Below are positions 60,500 through 64,000 of a stretch of 64,000 nucleotides of DNA, piece after piece. The notes under the pieces were generated by a model. The model ran no database searches. It had not been told where the DNA came from and was given only the letters and a program-made list of their open reading frames with translations. This stretch comes from an uncultured bacterium. Its GTDB lineage: Bacteria; UBP14; UBA6098; B30-G16. The stretch is taken from positions 1 to 64,000 of the forward strand of contig CBEVQY010000007.1 of the NCBI GenBank assembly GCA_965552135.1. The letters run 5' to 3'. Position numbers and translations under genes: made by a program. Position 1 is the stretch's first letter. Each line of letters starts with the position of its first letter.

Positions 60500-60946
60500 A
60501 TGGGCGTTTTGGACGCAGGCGAGCTCCTGTTCCCCGAGACGCAAGGGGGGAGGTTCGTTCTCTATTCCTGCGGCAGCAAGGTGGGTGAGGTGGCGCTGCC
60601 GGAAAAGGGCATAACGTACTTTCCGCCGGAGGTTGAGATCACGGGCTCGGGCGCGAGGCTTATCCTGCGCCTCAGACTCGACTTCGCCGACGGCGAAGCC
60701 CTTGCGGCGATAAGGCGCGTCCTCCGCTTCTGGCAGGACGACCCCCACAGACACTCGCTGCGGCTGGTCCTGCCTGGTGAGAGGGGAAGGGGATACGAGG
60801 TCGTCCCCGACGGGAGGTGGCGCGCCTGGTTCTTCGACGACGAGCCCAAGGGATACGGTCCCGTTGAGCTTCAGTTCGCCTCAAGCGACGTTGTGGACGT
60901 CTCGGAGCCGGCGTTTTGTGAGGTCACCCCTTGGGTCGTTGAGTGA
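60500..60946 (+). CDS. Hypothetical protein, possible tail-tube/distal-tail-like fold
   Basis: 148 aa, beta-rich; RBS AAGGAGG; last gene of the cluster. Confidence 0.4.
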   Translation: MGVLDAGELLFPETQGGRFVLYSCGSKVGEVALPEKGITYFPPEVEITGSGARLILRLRLDFADGEALAAIRRVLRFWQDDPHRHSLRLVLPGERGRGYEVVPDGRWRAWFFDDEPKGYGPVELQFASSDVVDVSEPAFCEVTPWVVE

Positions 60947-61964
60947 CGTGGCGGAGCCTGCGCCTGACCTCGTCGGCGAGCCAGTGCCCCGGGTGCCACG
61001 AAAGCCACTGCTCGGTCATAAACGTCCACTCGTGCGGGTCCTCGCCTATGCGCTCAGCCAAACCGGCGCGCATGACAAGGTATAAAGGGTCCCACGACAT
61101 CCACGGATCGAACCGGCGGAGCAGGCGCCGAAGGAGGGAGTCCTGACCCGTGGAGTGGATGAGGTTTGCCGCGCAGACAAGCTCCGGCGCAAGCCTGTTG
61201 GACAAGGTGTTTGTGTAGTGCTCGCGCTTTCGGAGGGGAGGGTTTTCGGCAACGTAGTTCCAGTTTTGGGCGCAGAGCATCTCAAACGCGGTTTTCGCAA
61301 GCTCTGGCGGCGGGATTGGCTTCGGGCTGTATTTTGCGCACATCGCGGGCAGGCGGTAGAGGCTGTCTGCGGGGATTTCGCCCAGCGTGTCGCCGAGGAC
61401 GAAGATGGGTCGGCACGTGGCGAGCCTACGGAGGAAGGAGGCGAAGTCGAGCTCCTGCAGCTCCTTTTTGCCGATTATGAACCGAAGCGGCGTGCTTCGC
61501 CAGATGTGCCGCCTGTAGCCCTCGCAGCCCCAAAGCCTCTTTTCGACGGCGATGACGTCGCGCCTCACGCCGTCGACGGTCTGGAGGTAGCGGATGGGAT
61601 AGGCTTCGACCTCGCCCGTGACCACAAGGACGGCGTCCTTCGGCATTGCGCGCAGAACGTTCGCCATATTCGACAAAAGCGCCTCGAGGGCATCCGGGTC
61701 GTCCACGCGCAGGTGCGGAGGCATCCTGCGGTATACATCCTCAAGCACAGCCCTTGCGGCGGAGCTCTTGCCCCTCTTGGAGAGCTTTGCGAGGAGCTCG
61801 AATGCGCGCCAGCCCGCAGGATCGCAGAGGTCCGACCTGCGCCCCGGCTCCCAAAGCGCCTTCGCCGAAGCCCTCGCCCTCAGGCTCAAAAGCGGCGTTG
61901 GCTGCAAAAGCCAAAGGACCAAAGCCAAAGCAGCCACCAAAAGCACTGCGATCGTCTTCTTCAT
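60924..61964 (-). CDS. Secreted/anchored protein resembling the soluble domain of DUF2723 (TMEM260-like) proteins
   Basis: N-terminal hydrophobic segment; LRAMPKDAVLVVTGEVEAYPIRYLQTVDGVRRDV. Confidence 0.55.
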   Translation of the reverse strand: MKKTIAVLLVAALALVLWLLQPTPLLSLRARASAKALWEPGRRSDLCDPAGWRAFELLAKLSKRGKSSAARAVLEDVYRRMPPHLRVDDPDALEALLSNMANVLRAMPKDAVLVVTGEVEAYPIRYLQTVDGVRRDVIAVEKRLWGCEGYRRHIWRSTPLRFIIGKKELQELDFASFLRRLATCRPIFVLGDTLGEIPADSLYRLPAMCAKYSPKPIPPPELAKTAFEMLCAQNWNYVAENPPLRKREHYTNTLSNRLAPELVCAANLIHSTGQDSLLRRLLRRFDPWMSWDPLYLVMRAGLAERIGEDPHEWTFMTEQWLSWHPGHWLADEVRRRLRHVTQRPKG

Positions 61965-62067
61965 AGTCGGCTCCGGATGGGGTCAAAAGGCAAGATAGCT
62001 TGTTTGTCCTCGGTCGCAAGCTCGGTTTTGCTTGCGTCGACAAAGATGCAGCGGCATCGTTTTCCGT

Positions 62068-63246
62068 ATGACTCAGCTTGAGCGGAAAACCTTCTTTCTG
62101 CATTTGCTTTTCAGCCTCCTCAACGGGATGACCTTCGGCATTGTGTTTTCGCTTTACGAGGTTGTTGCGAAGCGCGCCCTTGGGGCGAGCGACCTCGAGA
62201 TCACCGTTTTGGTTATGGGATTGCCGGTAGCGTGGCTTTTCTCGACCGCCATAGCGAGCCTCATGCAGCGCCACGAAAGCTACAGACCATTCCTTCTGGG
62301 AGCGGGCGCTACGAGAATCATCTCGATGACGCTTATGCTTTGGGTGAAAAACTCGGGGGAGTATCTGGCGCTTATGATACTCTTTCTTTTGCCCATAAGC
62401 GTAATAAACCCCGTTCAGAACTTTATATTGGCGAGGAATTATCCTTCCGCCTCGCGGGGTCGTTGGTTTGGCTGGGCGAACTCCGTTGCGAACGTCTCGG
62501 CGCTGCTCACATCCATCACCGTCGGCATGCTTCTGGATGCGAACGAGCAGCTCTTCAGGGAGGTCTATTTTATAATAGGTCTTGCCGGCGGACTGGCTTG
62601 TTTCGTCCTGGCTGCGATACCAACGCCCAGGCGCAAAACAACAGAGCCTTTGGAAAATCCCGTGAAGAAACTTATAGCCGTGCTGGCAAAAAACAAAGGA
62701 TTCCGGATATTCGAAAGGAACTTTTTTATATATGGCTCGGCGTTTTTGATCCTTTCGCCGGTTATTCCTGTCTATCTCGTTGACGCGCTTAAGATGAGCT
62801 ACACCGAGGTTTCCTTTGCCCGTGCAGTCATAGGGATGTTCGGCGTTGCTTTGTTTTCGCCGTTTGTGGGGAGATTTCACGACAGATATAATCCGTTCAG
62901 GTTCGCCGCTGCAGTATTCGGGATGCTCGCCCTCTTCCCGCTTTTGCTGGCTTTAGGATGTATCTTTGGGCACGCCAGCGTTTATGCAGCTTATGTTTTA
63001 TATTCCTTTGCGATGGCGGGGATAGCGATAGTTTGGAACCTTGGTTCCATCTATTTCGCGGAGCCTGATAGAGAGGCTTTATATCAGTCGATCCACGTGA
63101 CGCTTACGGGCGTTCGCGGCATTATAGCGCCCGTTTTAGGTTATGTGGCGATGCACTTCTTGGGTTATTGGTTCGCGTTTCTCGTCTCCTCGATGCTCTT
63201 CTTTGCGTCGTCATATCTCATGAGCAGGTCCGCCAGGACCGTTTAA
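62068..63246 (+). CDS. MFS transporter
   Basis: About 12 hydrophobic segments; RGRWFG, GRFHDRY, GVRGIIAPVLG. Confidence 0.9.
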   Translation: MTQLERKTFFLHLLFSLLNGMTFGIVFSLYEVVAKRALGASDLEITVLVMGLPVAWLFSTAIASLMQRHESYRPFLLGAGATRIISMTLMLWVKNSGEYLALMILFLLPISVINPVQNFILARNYPSASRGRWFGWANSVANVSALLTSITVGMLLDANEQLFREVYFIIGLAGGLACFVLAAIPTPRRKTTEPLENPVKKLIAVLAKNKGFRIFERNFFIYGSAFLILSPVIPVYLVDALKMSYTEVSFARAVIGMFGVALFSPFVGRFHDRYNPFRFAAAVFGMLALFPLLLALGCIFGHASVYAAYVLYSFAMAGIAIVWNLGSIYFAEPDREALYQSIHVTLTGVRGIIAPVLGYVAMHFLGYWFAFLVSSMLFFASSYLMSRSARTV

Positions 63247-63290
63247 TGCATCTTTTTATAAAAATTGTTTCAATCAAACAAGGAGGACGT

Positions 63291-64000
63291 ATGGCAGAGC
63301 GTCTTTTGTTGATAAGGTATGAGCCGGGTCGTTCCCTGCGCGCCGTTCCGGCCGGAGGGGATCCCTACACCGAGGGAACTAACCTGACCGATCACGGCGA
63401 CGGGTTCTATTCCGCCATGCTACCCACGGGGGTGTACGATATATATTATAAAAACGAACCAGACGACTCGACCTGGCTTCCTCTGGAGCATTACCAGGGC
63501 AGGTTCCATCCGACGGACGACATAACCGATGAGCTTTTTTCGCTTTCCTCGAGTGTGACGACTTTGGAGGACCGGGTAAGCGCGCTTGAGGGGAGTGTTC
63601 CCGGTACGCCGCAAAACGTTAAGGTCGTTCGCACAGCGGGCGGTGTGCACATAAGCTGGGACCCCCAGAACGGAGGGACTATATATATTGTTCGCGGAGT
63701 ATATCACCATTCCGGCGAACAAGTAAACGTAGATGAGACAAGCAGGGTTCTCTACGCGGGCTACACGAGCGAGTGTTTGTTGTCCAACGAGCTTAGGTTT
63801 GCTGACCTCGAGAGCCGCCCGTACGGCGATGTGGAGCTCAGCTTCCGCATTTGGGCGTGCAGCGCGGCGGGAACATCGGAACCATCGGATGTTTATAATA
63901 TAAAGCTCGATTTGGCGGCTGAGCGCGCCGAGTTTTGCCGCAGCGCGGTCTGCGATTGTGGCAGTTGTTCCGCGCGATGCGAAGTAAGCTTTGTGACGAC
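63291..64000 (+). CDS. 3'-partial ORF with short coiled coil and FN3-like domain (not in ORF track)
   Basis: AAGGAGG RBS; MAERLLLIRY...SVTTLEDRVSALEGSVPGTPQNVKV...HISWD...FRIWACSAAGTSEPS; open to window end. Confidence 0.8.
   Translation, partial: MAERLLLIRYEPGRSLRAVPAGGDPYTEGTNLTDHGDGFYSAMLPTGVYDIYYKNEPDDSTWLPLEHYQGRFHPTDDITDELFSLSSSVTTLEDRVSALEGSVPGTPQNVKVVRTAGGVHISWDPQNGGTIYIVRGVYHHSGEQVNVDETSRVLYAGYTSECLLSNELRFADLESRPYGDVELSFRIWACSAAGTSEPSDVYNIKLDLAAERAEFCRSAVCDCGSCSARCEVSFVT

Larger units (their letters stand above)
54942..60946 (+). mobile_element. Phage-derived head-morphogenesis cluster (GTA-like or domesticated prophage remnant)
   Basis: Canonical order terS-terL-portal-scaffold-MCP-adaptor-two neck-like genes, flanked by host genes. 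Confidence 0.85.

Noticed and set aside
54942..60946. Complete prophage or canonical PICI
   Set aside because: No integrase, primase/replication, repressor, lysis genes or att repeats seen in or around the cluster

Overview
Mostly GC-rich housekeeping DNA from a diderm bacterium (kdsB, lptG). PorX, a PorZ-like protein and a T9SS/FlgD-type C-terminal cargo domain point to an FCB-related lineage. AGG/ATA codon bias and several thermophile-type genes suggest it may be thermophilic. Gene order is scrambled: pheT, sucC, V-ATPase D, buk, lptG and clpP all lack their usual neighbours, and several have their own sigma70-like promoter. The most notable feature is a compact, intact, host-like phage head module of about 6 kb (54942-60946): TerS-like HTH, TerL, portal, scaffold, DUF5309/SU10-type capsid, adaptor and two neck/tail-hub-like genes. 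It sits between host genes with no integrase, replication, lysis or tape-measure genes, which makes it a candidate gene-transfer-agent-like or domesticated capsid system. Inside it is an unannotated 52-aa antisense ORF with a near-consensus leaderless promoter overlapping the TerL start codon. Other points: a sigma54 promoter with tandem enhancer-like palindromes upstream of hsp20-dnaK; a stand-alone MshEN (c-di-GMP-binding) microprotein; secreted tail-fibre-like proteins, one with 14 hexapeptide repeats; a TrmB-led surface-protein cluster; tRNA-Leu(CAG); and a lower-GC right end with an untracked coiled-coil/FN3 ORF running off the window. All family calls come from motif recognition by eye, not database searches.
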